Shown in pieces: positions 28,883-38,261 of a stretch of 64,000 nt of DNA. The stretch is taken from the NCBI GenBank assembly GCA_964637835.1, contig CAZWYF010000010.1, forward strand, positions 18,045-82,044. The letters are read 5' to 3'. Numbering within the stretch: the stretch's first letter is position 1; every line of letters begins with the position of its first letter. The DNA is from an uncultured Fibrobacteraceae bacterium. Its GTDB lineage: Bacteria; Krumholzibacteriota; Krumholzibacteriia; LZORAL124-64-63. The notes below the pieces were generated by a model. It saw nothing but the letters and a program-made list of their open reading frames with translations. It was not told the origin of the DNA and did not search any database. A program made the translations under genes and the position numbers.

Positions 28883-31492
28883 TTGGCCCGCAAGAAACGG
28901 CGTTCGTCCGACCGCTCCCCGAGTCCATCACCCACCCCCGCTGCCAGCGGTCTCGACCGCCGGCTCCCCGGCGGCGGCGGCCGGCTGCGGCCGTGGCTGC
29001 CGCTTCTCGGTCTGCTGCTGCTCCTGGGGCTCCTGTACCCTGAACCGCTGCTGCGGGGCTGGGTCTACGGCGCGGCCGACGCCGCGGCCTCCGATGCCTT
29101 CCGCCAGGTGGGTGACGCCGCGCGGGAGGCCGGCGCCGGCTATCCGCAGTGGAACCCGTACATCTTCGGAGGCATGCCCACCTTCGGCTCGCTGGCCTAC
29201 ACCCAGGGCATCTACCCGCCCACGCTGGTGTTCGAGTTCCTGCAGGGCCTCGGCCTGCCGCCGCTGACCTGGATGCTGGGCCACCTGCTCTTCGGCGGCC
29301 TGGGCGTCTGGTGGCTGCTCGGGCGCTGGAACGTGCCCTGGCCGGCGCGCCTGCTGGCCTGCCTGGCCTTCCTCTGGTTCGCCAGGACCGTGGCCTGGGG
29401 CGTGCACGGCCACGGCTCGAAGCTGGGCGCCGCCATGTACCTGCCCTGGCTGGTGGGCCTGACCTGGGAGGTGCTCGCGCGCGGGAAGCTGCGCGCCGCG
29501 GCGCTGGCGGCGCTGCTGCTGGGCCTGCAGTTCCTGCGCGGCCACGTGCAGATCAGCTACTACACGCTCCTCTTGCTGGGCGGATTGACGGCCTGGCACC
29601 TGGTCTGGCCGCTGCGGGCGGTCACCGCGGAGCGGCCGGCATGGCGGGCACGGCTGGCTCCGCCGGGGCTCATGCTGCTGGTGGTGGTGCTGGGCTTCGC
29701 CATCGGGTCGGCGCTGCTGCTGCCGGTGCACGATTACGCGGAGATCTCCACGCGCGGGGCGGGTGGCGCCAGCGGTGGCGGCGGCACGGCGTACGAATAC
29801 GCCACCAGCTGGAGCCTGGCGCCGGAGGACCTGGCCGCCATGGTGGTGCCCACGGCGGCGGGCTTCGGCAAGGCCACGTACATGGGCCGCATGCCCTTCA
29901 CCGACTACCCCAACTACCTCGGGCCGCTGCTGCTGCTGCTGGCCGCCGCGGCCTGGCTGACACGGCGCCGCCGCAGCCTCGTGGCGGCGCTCACCACGGC
30001 CGCGGCGCTGGCGATCCTGCTGGGCATGGGACGGTTCAGTCCGGGACTCTACCAGCTGGCCTACGAGATCCTGCCCTACTTCGACAAGTTCCGCGTGCCC
30101 TCCATGGTGCTGGTGATCGCTGCGCTGGCCGTCGCCGTGCTGGCCGGCCTGGGCGTGGCCGCCCTGGCCGACCTCGCCGCCCCGGAACGCTCGCGGTGGC
30201 TCCGCCGCGGGGGGCTGGCGGCACTGGTGCTCGGCGTGCTCTGCGCGCTGATGGCGGGCGTGGGGGCCGAGCTCCATCGGGATGGCCTGGCGGCCCTGGC
30301 CGGGCGCAGCGGCAAGCAGGCGGCGCCGGTGATCCTGGACGCCGCGGTCTCCCTGCACCGGGCGCTGCTGCTGCGGCAGGGGCTGGTGCTGCTGGCCGCC
30401 GGCGGCGCCCTGCTGCTGGCCGCCCGCCGCCCGTCCTTCCGGGGGCGCTGGCTCGCGCCGGCCCTGGTCGTGCTGGTGGCCATCGACCTGGGCAGCGTGG
30501 CGCGCCTGGTCACCCATCCGGAACGGTCGCTCTTCGAGGTGGTCCGCAGCCCCGATGGCGGCGGCCGGCTGGCGCCGGCCACCCGCCTGGTCCACCCCTG
30601 GCGCGAGGCCGCGCAGGCCAGCGTGGATCCACGCCTCACCGAGATCCTCGAGCGCGAGGTGGGGCACGGTCGTCTCCTGCCGCTGGGTCCGGACGCCAGC
30701 ACCAACGCCTACATGACCGCCGGGATCCGGTCGCTGGGCGGCTACCACCCCGCCAAGCCGGCGGCCGCCGAGGCCATCCGCCAGCGCCTGTTCGATCGGC
30801 TGCCCGCCGGCCACCTGGCCGACTGGCTGGCGACCGCCGCCATCACCTACCCCGGCGACCTCCCGCGGGAAGCCCTGGACCTGCTGGCCGATGAGGGCCT
30901 GGAACTCGATCCCCTGGGGACGCGAGCCGGCGGCACCATGGTCTATCCGGTGCAGGATGCCTGGCCCCGCGCCCGCCTCCTGGACCGCTGGCGACCGCTG
31001 GCCGTGTTGCCGGAAGGGGACGCTCTGGAGCCGTTCCTGGACGCCATCGCTGCCGGTGAACACGACCCCGCGGCCGGCCCGGTCCTGCTCCAGGCCCCGG
31101 ATCCGGCGCCGCAGGCCGGTCCTGAGCCCCTGCCCGTGCCTCGATTCGTCCGCGACGGCCTCGACGAGGTGGTCCTGGCGGTCCAGACGCCGCGGCCGGC
31201 CCTGCTCTTGCTTGCCGACCTCTGGGCACCGGGCTGGGAGGTGTCCGTGGACGGAGAGCCCGCCGCGCTGCTGCGGGCGGATCTGACCCTGCGCGCAGTG
31301 GCCCTGCCGGCCGGTGCGAGCGAGGTCCGTTTCCACTACCACGATCCCGCCCTGCGCCAGGGCCTGCTGCTGGCCATCGCCGGGCTCGTCGGAACCCTGA
31401 TCCTGCTGGTGGCGGGCTGGCGGCGCGAACGCGCGGCCGCCGCCTCCCCCGACCCCGCGACCGAGGATGCGCACCATGGAAGCATCGGTTAG
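28883..31492 (+). CDS. YfhO-family-like polytopic membrane protein (putative GT-C type extracytoplasmic glycosyltransferase)
   Basis: TTG 28883 is 6-7 nt after GGAAGGAG. YPQWNPYIFGGMPTFGSLAY near the N-terminus resembles the YfhO signature. Many TM helices plus a large C-terminal extracytoplasmic part and a final TM helix. Confidence 0.7.
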   Translation: MARKKRRSSDRSPSPSPTPAASGLDRRLPGGGGRLRPWLPLLGLLLLLGLLYPEPLLRGWVYGAADAAASDAFRQVGDAAREAGAGYPQWNPYIFGGMPTFGSLAYTQGIYPPTLVFEFLQGLGLPPLTWMLGHLLFGGLGVWWLLGRWNVPWPARLLACLAFLWFARTVAWGVHGHGSKLGAAMYLPWLVGLTWEVLARGKLRAAALAALLLGLQFLRGHVQISYYTLLLLGGLTAWHLVWPLRAVTAERPAWRARLAPPGLMLLVVVLGFAIGSALLLPVHDYAEISTRGAGGASGGGGTAYEYATSWSLAPEDLAAMVVPTAAGFGKATYMGRMPFTDYPNYLGPLLLLLAAAAWLTRRRRSLVAALTTAAALAILLGMGRFSPGLYQLAYEILPYFDKFRVPSMVLVIAALAVAVLAGLGVAALADLAAPERSRWLRRGGLAALVLGVLCALMAGVGAELHRDGLAALAGRSGKQAAPVILDAAVSLHRALLLRQGLVLLAAGGALLLAARRPSFRGRWLAPALVVLVAIDLGSVARLVTHPERSLFEVVRSPDGGGRLAPATRLVHPWREAAQASVDPRLTEILEREVGHGRLLPLGPDASTNAYMTAGIRSLGGYHPAKPAAAEAIRQRLFDRLPAGHLADWLATAAITYPGDLPREALDLLADEGLELDPLGTRAGGTMVYPVQDAWPRARLLDRWRPLAVLPEGDALEPFLDAIAAGEHDPAAGPVLLQAPDPAPQAGPEPLPVPRFVRDGLDEVVLAVQTPRPALLLLADLWAPGWEVSVDGEPAALLRADLTLRAVALPAGASEVRFHYHDPALRQGLLLAIAGLVGTLILLVAGWRRERAAAASPDPATEDAHHGSIG

Positions 31493-32216
31493 TCCGGCCG
31501 AACGCTCGCGAGTCGAGCGGCCGGTGGTGGTGGTGCCGACGTTCAACGAGGCCCAGAACATCGGCCGGCTGGTCCCGCAGATCCTGGCCCAGGACCCGCG
31601 CCTGTCGGTGCTGGTGGTGGACGACAACTCCCCCGACGGCACCGCCGGGGTGGTGCGGGGCATGGCCGAGTTCGGCGGCCGGGTCGACCTGCTGCTGCGT
31701 GAGCGCAAGGAGGGCCTGGGCCCGGCCTACCGCGCGGGTTTCCGCTGGGTGCTGGAGAACACCGATCACGACGCCGTCTTCGAGATGGACGCCGACTTCA
31801 GCCACGACCCCGCCGCACTGCCGCAGTTCCTGCGGGAGATCGCCGTCAACGACCTGGTGGTGGGCAGCCGCTACCTGCACGGGATCACGGTGGTCAACTG
31901 GCCGCTCTCGCGACTGATCCTCTCGGTGGGCGCCAACATCTACGCCCAGAAGATCACCGGCCTGCCCATCCGCGACTGTACCGGGGGTTTCAAGTGCTTC
32001 CGCCGGCACGTGCTCGAGGCCATGCCGCTGGACCGCATCCGTAGCGACGGCTACAGCTTCCAGATCGAGATGAACTACCACGTATGGCGCCGCGGCTACC
32101 GCATCAAGGAGATCCCCATCATGTTCGTGGACCGGCAGGTGGGGGTCAGCAAGATGTCGCGCAAGATCATCTGGGAAGCGGCCTGGCTGGTCTGGGCCCT
32201 GCGCCTGAAACGCTGA
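31476..32216 (+). CDS. Polyprenol monophosphomannose synthase (Ppm1/DPM1-like GT2)
   Basis: VVVPTFNEAQNI, VVDDNSPDGT, EMDADFSHDP, GYSFQIEM. ATG 31476 has GAGGA 8 nt upstream; alternative in-frame ATG at 31467. Confidence 0.9.
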   Translation: MEASVSPAERSRVERPVVVVPTFNEAQNIGRLVPQILAQDPRLSVLVVDDNSPDGTAGVVRGMAEFGGRVDLLLRERKEGLGPAYRAGFRWVLENTDHDAVFEMDADFSHDPAALPQFLREIAVNDLVVGSRYLHGITVVNWPLSRLILSVGANIYAQKITGLPIRDCTGGFKCFRRHVLEAMPLDRIRSDGYSFQIEMNYHVWRRGYRIKEIPIMFVDRQVGVSKMSRKIIWEAAWLVWALRLKR

Positions 32217-32229
32217 TCCGGGGAGTTCC

Positions 32230-34317
32230 GTGGCCGTCCGTCTGGGCATCGTCATCGTCCACTACAACACGCCCGAAGATCTCGGGCGCTGCCTCGCCTC
32301 GCTGCGCGACCAGGCGCCGGCCTGCACCCACGAGGTGGTGGTGGTGGACAACGCCAGCACCGTCGGCGGGCTGGAGGATCTGCAGCAGGAGTTCCCGGAG
32401 GTCCGCTGGCTGCGGAACACCGAGAACGTGGGCTACGCCCGCGGCTGCAACCAGGGCCTGGCCGCCGTGGCGGCGGACTACCATCTGCTGCTCAATCCCG
32501 ACATCGTGGTGCTGCCCGGAGCGGTGGATGCCTTGCTGGGCTTCGCCGACCGGCATCCGCGAGCGGGGATCATCGGGCCCCAGCTGCTCAACGAGGACGG
32601 CACGGTCCAGGACTCCTGCCGCCGCTTCTACACGTTCCGCACCCTGCTGCTGCGGCGCACGCCGCTGGGCAAGCTCTTCCCCGACAGCGGCACCGTCCGC
32701 CGCCACCTCATGCGCGACTTCGATCATGCCAGCGCGCGGCCGGTGGACTGGGTGCTGGGCGGCTGTCTGCTGGTGCGTCGCGAGGCCCTGGCCCGGTGCG
32801 GCGCCATGGACGAGCGCTTCTTCCTCTACTTCGAGGACGTGGACTGGTGCTTCCGCATGTGGCAGGCGGGGTTCGAGGTGGTCTACGCCCCGGAGGCGCG
32901 CTTCGTGCATCGGCACCGCCGCGCCAGCGCCCGGGGTACCTTCAGCCGCAGCTTCTGGCTGCATCTCGGCAGCCTGATCTCCTTCTACGAGAAGTGGAGC
33001 CTGGTGGTCTACGCCGCCAAGAAGTGGCGCCGGCCCCTGGCCGTGGTGCTGCACTGGCTGCTGGACATGGTGCTGCTGGCGGTGGCCCTGCTGGGCGCCT
33101 ACGGCGTCCGGCTCCTGCTCGGTCCGCTCTTCCCGGAGGACCTGCTGCCGCTGGCCTGGTACGGTGGCTGGTTCGGCTACGCCGCCGTGCTGGTGACGGT
33201 GGCCTTCGTGCTCATGGGGCGTTACCGTCCATCACGTCTGCCGGACCGCCCCCACTGGGGCGAGCACCTCGAGCAGATGGGCCTGGTGGCGCTGCTCCTG
33301 CTGGCGGGGTCGTACCTCGGCCGTGACGACGTGGTCAGCCGCGCCGTGCTGCTCACCCTGCTCGCGGTCTACACCGGGCTGACGGCCTGGGCCAGCGCCG
33401 TGGTGGGCCGACTGCTGCGGCGCCTGGAGCGCGGGTACCTCGCCCTCGAGCGGACGCTCCTCGCCGGGCCCCGCGCCGCCCTGGCCGGCTGGCTGGCGGC
33501 GGTGAAGCAACCGCGGGACCATGGGGTGGACGTCGTGGGCTACGTCACGGACGAACGGCCGCCGGCCGGCGGCCACGCGGCGCTCGGCCGCGGCGACGTG
33601 CCCTGGCTCGGCCGTCCGGACCAGTTGCCCGGTCTGAGCGAGCGGTTCCGCGTCTCCCAGGTCGCCTTCTGGCAGGGCCCTGGCGCGGCGAAGATCCGCC
33701 CGGCGGACCTGGCCTGGCTGCGCGGCCAGCGCATCCGCTTGCGCTGGATCGTGGAGGACGCCTGGCTGCTGGCCGCCGGCGCCCATGCGGAGGGCTTCGG
33801 AGCGGCCACCAGCGGCGTCCTCGAGCCGGACGATGGCCAGGTGCTGCGCCGCTGGGCCTGGCGGCCGCTGGATCTGCTGGCCGGGGGCCTGGTCCTGCTG
33901 GCCTCGTCGCTGGACTGGCCGCGGCGCCGGGCCGCCCTCCGCGACGGCCGCTGGCGTCGGGAAACGGTCGACGTCCCGTCGGGCGGGGTCCATGATGACG
34001 CGGTCGTCCTGCTGGTGCAGGGCAACGGCCGGGTGTTGCCGCTGTGGCGGCAGCCGGGCCTGGCGATGGGATTGCTGAAGGGGCGCATCGCCCTGGTCGG
34101 ATCGCCCCTCGGGCGGCCCGACGATCACGCCGACCTGGTGGCGGTGCTGCGGCAGAGCGCCGCCGTCCGGGCCGGCCTCACCGGACGCTGGGCCGCCGGA
34201 CGCGGTGGCGTCCTGACGACGCTCATGCAGAACCCCGGGGGATGGGGGCAGGCCGCCGGGCCCGGCTCCGGCCCGGCCACCCGCGGTAGCGGGGAGGAGG
34301 AGGTCCAGACACCATGA
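32230..34317 (+). CDS. Fusion: GT2 glycosyltransferase + TM region + Bac_transf-like (phosphoglycosyltransferase) domain lacking the catalytic Asp-Glu
   Basis: GTG 32230 after GGGGAG. N-terminal IVIVHYNTPEDL, VVDNAST, NPDIVV, FEDVDWC (GT2). 4-5 TM helices. WbaP-like middle region (VVGYVTDE...). C-terminal RPLDLLAGGLVLLASSL...LKGRIALVGSPLGRP...AGLTGRW. Confidence 0.8.
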   Translation: MAVRLGIVIVHYNTPEDLGRCLASLRDQAPACTHEVVVVDNASTVGGLEDLQQEFPEVRWLRNTENVGYARGCNQGLAAVAADYHLLLNPDIVVLPGAVDALLGFADRHPRAGIIGPQLLNEDGTVQDSCRRFYTFRTLLLRRTPLGKLFPDSGTVRRHLMRDFDHASARPVDWVLGGCLLVRREALARCGAMDERFFLYFEDVDWCFRMWQAGFEVVYAPEARFVHRHRRASARGTFSRSFWLHLGSLISFYEKWSLVVYAAKKWRRPLAVVLHWLLDMVLLAVALLGAYGVRLLLGPLFPEDLLPLAWYGGWFGYAAVLVTVAFVLMGRYRPSRLPDRPHWGEHLEQMGLVALLLLAGSYLGRDDVVSRAVLLTLLAVYTGLTAWASAVVGRLLRRLERGYLALERTLLAGPRAALAGWLAAVKQPRDHGVDVVGYVTDERPPAGGHAALGRGDVPWLGRPDQLPGLSERFRVSQVAFWQGPGAAKIRPADLAWLRGQRIRLRWIVEDAWLLAAGAHAEGFGAATSGVLEPDDGQVLRRWAWRPLDLLAGGLVLLASSLDWPRRRAALRDGRWRRETVDVPSGGVHDDAVVLLVQGNGRVLPLWRQPGLAMGLLKGRIALVGSPLGRPDDHADLVAVLRQSAAVRAGLTGRWAAGRGGVLTTLMQNPGGWGQAAGPGSGPATRGSGEEEVQTP

Positions 34318-36773
34318 GGCAGATCCACCGGACCGTCGGCCGGCGGCGACTGGCCGCCGGCCTGTCGCTCGCGACGACGATGATGCTGGCGGCGGCGGCC
34401 CCCGCCCAGACGCCCACCTTCACGCCCCTGGTCACCGGCGACCGGGTGGTCACGTCCCTGGCCCACGACGGCCTGGTCTACGCCGGCCTGCGCAGCGGCG
34501 GCCTGGTGGTCTGGGACCCGGCCACGGCCACCACCTTGCGCAGTCTCGACCGCAGCGACGGCCTGGGCGGGCATTTCGTCGCCGACCTCGCCTGGTCCGG
34601 CTCCCGCCTCTGGATCGCCACCGAGGACGGCGGCCTGACGGCCATCACCGATCCCGGCGGTCCGGACGAGTCGCTGCGCGTCTACAGCAGCGCACTGTCG
34701 TCCCTGGACATCACGGCGGTCACCGGCACCATGGTGGGCCAGTCCGAGCGGGTCTTCTACGGCACCGACGGCGATGGCATCGGCGCCATCCAGGGTGGCC
34801 TGCCGGGCGCGTACCTGACCACGCTCGACGGCCTGATCGACGATGTCGTCATCGACCTCGCCCTCTCCGCCGACCTGCTGCTGATCGCCACCCCGGACGG
34901 CATCTCCCGCTTCGCCGAGAACACGTTCACCAGCTACCCCTATGCCGACCCCGACACCGAGTTCATCAACGACCTCGAGGTGGGACCCGATGGGGATATC
35001 TGGGCCGCCACCGATCAGGGCGTCAAGCGCTGGGACGACACCGCCCGCCAGTGGGTGCGCGTCACCTTCAACGCCTTCGTCAACGACCTCGCCGTGGGCG
35101 ACGACACGATCTGGGCCCTGTCGGGGATCGGCAGCCTGCGCACCATCCGCGACGGCGTGGTCACCGTCCGCGAGGTGCCGCCGGCGCAGCCCGGCCGGAC
35201 GTTCGTGGTCAACACGGTGGCCGCCGAGGGAGACGTCGCCTGGCTGGGCGGCTATGACCGGCCGAGCGACGGTCCGTCCAACGGCAGCCTGGTGGCCTGG
35301 CCATGGCTCGCCGTGGCCGACGATGCCGGGGCCACGGTCCACACCCTCGCCACCTGCCTGGTGGGGGCCACCGCCGGCATGGACGGCGTGGCCATCGATG
35401 CCCGCGGGCGCGCCTGGCTCGGCGACCAGGCCGGCGATGGCATCTCCGGCTGGGATGGCGAGCAGTGGGACAACGTCCTGCAGCGGGCCACCGCGGAGAA
35501 CGACTCCTCGGGACTCTTCGACTGGTCGGGAAACATCCTGGCCATGGCCCGCGGCAACGACGACGACATCTGGTTCGCCCAGTTCACCAACGGCGCCATC
35601 CGCTACACCCCGCCCGCCGCACCCGGTGGCCAGGAGGAGTGGCTCCTGCTCTCGCCGGAGAACTCGCCCATGCTCGGCGATGCCTTCCTGCACCTCGCGG
35701 TGCATCCTGACGGGCCGGTCTTCTTCTGCACCGACAACGTGACCTTCGGCGGCTCGCCCAACAACGACTACGGCGTGGACGTGCTGGCCGACCCCGGCCG
35801 CCCGCGCGATCCGGCCTCGTGGCTCCACCTGGCGCCGGGGCTGCTCGGCGGCAACGTGATCCGCGCGATCACCTTCACCAGCCGGGACGTGGTCTGGATC
35901 GCGGTGGCCGGCGCCGGCCTCATGCGCTGGGACGTCAACGGTCTGGGCGCCGGGGCCGACGCGCCGCTGACCTGGACCGACACCAGCGACGACCACTGGG
36001 CCGGCCCCGTGGCGAGCGTCGACGGGACGGACATCGACCTGGCCAGTACGCAGTCCCTGCTGCCCGGGCCCGATGGCAGCCTCCTGGCCGGTGGCGCCGG
36101 CCTGGTGCAGCTCCGTTACGAGCCCATCCTGGACCTCGCGACCCTGGAGAATGCGTGGAAGGTGAAGGACTCCGCGTTCACCGATGGCCTGCTCGGCCAG
36201 AGCGTGCTCGGGCTGGCCCGTGACCGGAACGGCCACTACTGGTCGCTCACCTCGGGCGGCCTGAATCGCCTGCGCTTCCGGGAGGACGGGGTGACCATCG
36301 ACGCCTTCACCGATCTGGGCACGTTCTTCACCCTGGATTCCGGCTTCTACGCGCCGAGCGCCATCGTGGCCCTGCCGGGTGGCACGTACCGCGACCTGGC
36401 GGCCTCGGCCGCGGGCGACCGCCTGGTGCTCAGCAGCGATCTCGGCGCCGCCCTGGTCACCATTCCCGAGCAGGGCGCTTCGCTGGTCGAGGCGGCGGGC
36501 GCGGCGTACCTCTATCCCAATCCCTTCCCCGGCGAGACGACCGCCGACCGCGTGAGCATCGGCGGCCTGCCCATCGACGCCGATGAGCCCGCCTCCATCC
36601 AGGTGCTCAACCTGGTGGGTCAGATCGTCTTCCGGACGCGGCGGCTCGAATCCGGCGAGGGATTCTGGGACGGTCGCAACCGGCAGGGCGAGCGCGTGGC
36701 CTCGGGACTGTACGTGGTGCGCATCGAGCAGGGAGGCCAGACGCTCGTGCGCACCCTGGCCGTGGCCTACTAG
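34314..36773 (+). CDS. Secreted beta-propeller (Reg_prop-like repeats) protein with FlgD-Ig/T9SS-type C-terminal domain
   Basis: ATGA overlap. Signal peptide ...MMLAAAAPAQT. Repeated LWIATEDGGLTAI / IWAATDQGVKRWD / VWIAVAGAGLMRWD motifs. Tail YLYPNPFPGE...LNLVGQIVF...WDGRNRQGERVASGLYVVRI. Confidence 0.8.
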   Translation: MRQIHRTVGRRRLAAGLSLATTMMLAAAAPAQTPTFTPLVTGDRVVTSLAHDGLVYAGLRSGGLVVWDPATATTLRSLDRSDGLGGHFVADLAWSGSRLWIATEDGGLTAITDPGGPDESLRVYSSALSSLDITAVTGTMVGQSERVFYGTDGDGIGAIQGGLPGAYLTTLDGLIDDVVIDLALSADLLLIATPDGISRFAENTFTSYPYADPDTEFINDLEVGPDGDIWAATDQGVKRWDDTARQWVRVTFNAFVNDLAVGDDTIWALSGIGSLRTIRDGVVTVREVPPAQPGRTFVVNTVAAEGDVAWLGGYDRPSDGPSNGSLVAWPWLAVADDAGATVHTLATCLVGATAGMDGVAIDARGRAWLGDQAGDGISGWDGEQWDNVLQRATAENDSSGLFDWSGNILAMARGNDDDIWFAQFTNGAIRYTPPAAPGGQEEWLLLSPENSPMLGDAFLHLAVHPDGPVFFCTDNVTFGGSPNNDYGVDVLADPGRPRDPASWLHLAPGLLGGNVIRAITFTSRDVVWIAVAGAGLMRWDVNGLGAGADAPLTWTDTSDDHWAGPVASVDGTDIDLASTQSLLPGPDGSLLAGGAGLVQLRYEPILDLATLENAWKVKDSAFTDGLLGQSVLGLARDRNGHYWSLTSGGLNRLRFREDGVTIDAFTDLGTFFTLDSGFYAPSAIVALPGGTYRDLAASAAGDRLVLSSDLGAALVTIPEQGASLVEAAGAAYLYPNPFPGETTADRVSIGGLPIDADEPASIQVLNLVGQIVFRTRRLESGEGFWDGRNRQGERVASGLYVVRIEQGGQTLVRTLAVAY

Positions 36774-36791
36774 CAGGGAGAGGGAGCGACC

Positions 36792-38261
36792 GTGACCGAT
36801 CACGACCCGACGCCCGCGACCAGACGCCTGCTCATCGTGGGTGCCGGCGCCGCGGGCCGGGCCCTGGCCGCCGAGGTCCTCGCCTCGCCGGATCTGGGCA
36901 TGCGTCCGGTGGCGTTCGTGGACGACGCGCCGGGCCTGCAGGGCGCCCTGGTGGACGGGCTGCCGGTCCTCGGCACCACGGCGGACCTGCTGGAGGCGGC
37001 CCGCGCCGCCCGCGCCGACGAGATCCTGATCGCCATCCCGTCGGCCCGGGGCTCGCTGGTCCGGCGGCTGGTGCTCCTCTGCAAGGGGGCGGGCCTGCCC
37101 TTCCGCATCGTGCCCGGTCTGCGCGCGATCATCGAGGGCGATGTCAGCTTCGAGCAGGTGCGGCCCGTGTCGCCGGAGGACCTGCTCGGGCGCGAGACCG
37201 TCAGCTTCCAGGCCGGCCGGGCGCGGTCGCTGGTCCAGGGCCGCACGGTGCTCGTCACCGGCGCCGGCGGCTCCATCGGCGGCGAACTCTGCCGGCAGCT
37301 GGTGGTCCTCGACCCGGCCCGGCTGCTGCTGCTCGGCCGCGGGGAGAACAGCATCTTCGAGATCATGGGCGAGCTGGCGGCCCGACGCCCGGACGTCGAA
37401 CTGGTGCCGCTGATCTGCGACGTGCGTGATGCGCGACGCCTGGAGGTGCTCGCCGACCGCCACCACCCGCACCTCATCCTGCATGCCGCGGCGCACAAGC
37501 ACGTCCCGCTGATGGAGGAGAATCCCGAGGAGGCGGTGGTGGTCAACGCCGGCGGCACCGCCAACCTCATCGTCTTCGCCCGCCGCACAGGCGCCGAGCG
37601 CTTCGTGCTGATCAGCACCGACAAGGCGGCCGAGCCCACCAGCATCATGGGCGCCACCAAGAAGCTGGCGGAGCTGCTCGTCCGCCAGGCCCAGGCCACG
37701 GACGGTCCCACCCGTTTCATGACCGTGCGCTTCGGCAACGTGCTCGGCAGCCGCGGTTCGGTGGTGCCGTTCTTCATGAAGCGCATCGCCGCCGGCCTGC
37801 CCCTGCCGGTGACGCACCCCGAGATGACGCGGTACTTCATGACCATCCGCGAGGCCGCGCTCCTGGTCATCGAGGCCATGGTGCTCGGTGGGGCCGGCAG
37901 CACCTACATCCTGGACATGGGCGAGCCGGTGCCCATCCTCGAGCTGGCGCGCAACCTTCTGGTGCTCTCGGGATTCGACCCCGGCGAGGGCGGCCCCGGC
38001 ATCGAGATCGTGGGACCGCGCCCGGGGGAGAAGCTGCACGAGTCGCTGCTGGATCCCGCCGAGACCCTGGAGCCGTGCGAGCATCCGCTCATCCACCGGG
38101 CTCGCTGCCGGGTGGGCGACCCGGCCGCGGCCGCTGCCGCGCTGCCGGCGCTCCTGGAGCTGGCGGCGGCGGGCGACCGGGCAACGCTGCGCCGGGACCT
38201 GGCCGCACTGCTCGGACGACCGGCCCTGGCCAGCACCCTGGCCGCGCCGCGCCGGCCGTGA
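36792..38261 (+). CDS. Polysaccharide biosynthesis protein CapD/PglF-type nucleotide-sugar 4,6-dehydratase
   Basis: GTG 36792 after GGGAG. VLVTGAGGSIGGEL, HAAAHKHVPLME, STDKAAEPTSIMGATKKLAE. Confidence 0.9.
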   Translation: MTDHDPTPATRRLLIVGAGAAGRALAAEVLASPDLGMRPVAFVDDAPGLQGALVDGLPVLGTTADLLEAARAARADEILIAIPSARGSLVRRLVLLCKGAGLPFRIVPGLRAIIEGDVSFEQVRPVSPEDLLGRETVSFQAGRARSLVQGRTVLVTGAGGSIGGELCRQLVVLDPARLLLLGRGENSIFEIMGELAARRPDVELVPLICDVRDARRLEVLADRHHPHLILHAAAHKHVPLMEENPEEAVVVNAGGTANLIVFARRTGAERFVLISTDKAAEPTSIMGATKKLAELLVRQAQATDGPTRFMTVRFGNVLGSRGSVVPFFMKRIAAGLPLPVTHPEMTRYFMTIREAALLVIEAMVLGGAGSTYILDMGEPVPILELARNLLVLSGFDPGEGGPGIEIVGPRPGEKLHESLLDPAETLEPCEHPLIHRARCRVGDPAAAAAALPALLELAAAGDRATLRRDLAALLGRPALASTLAAPRRP

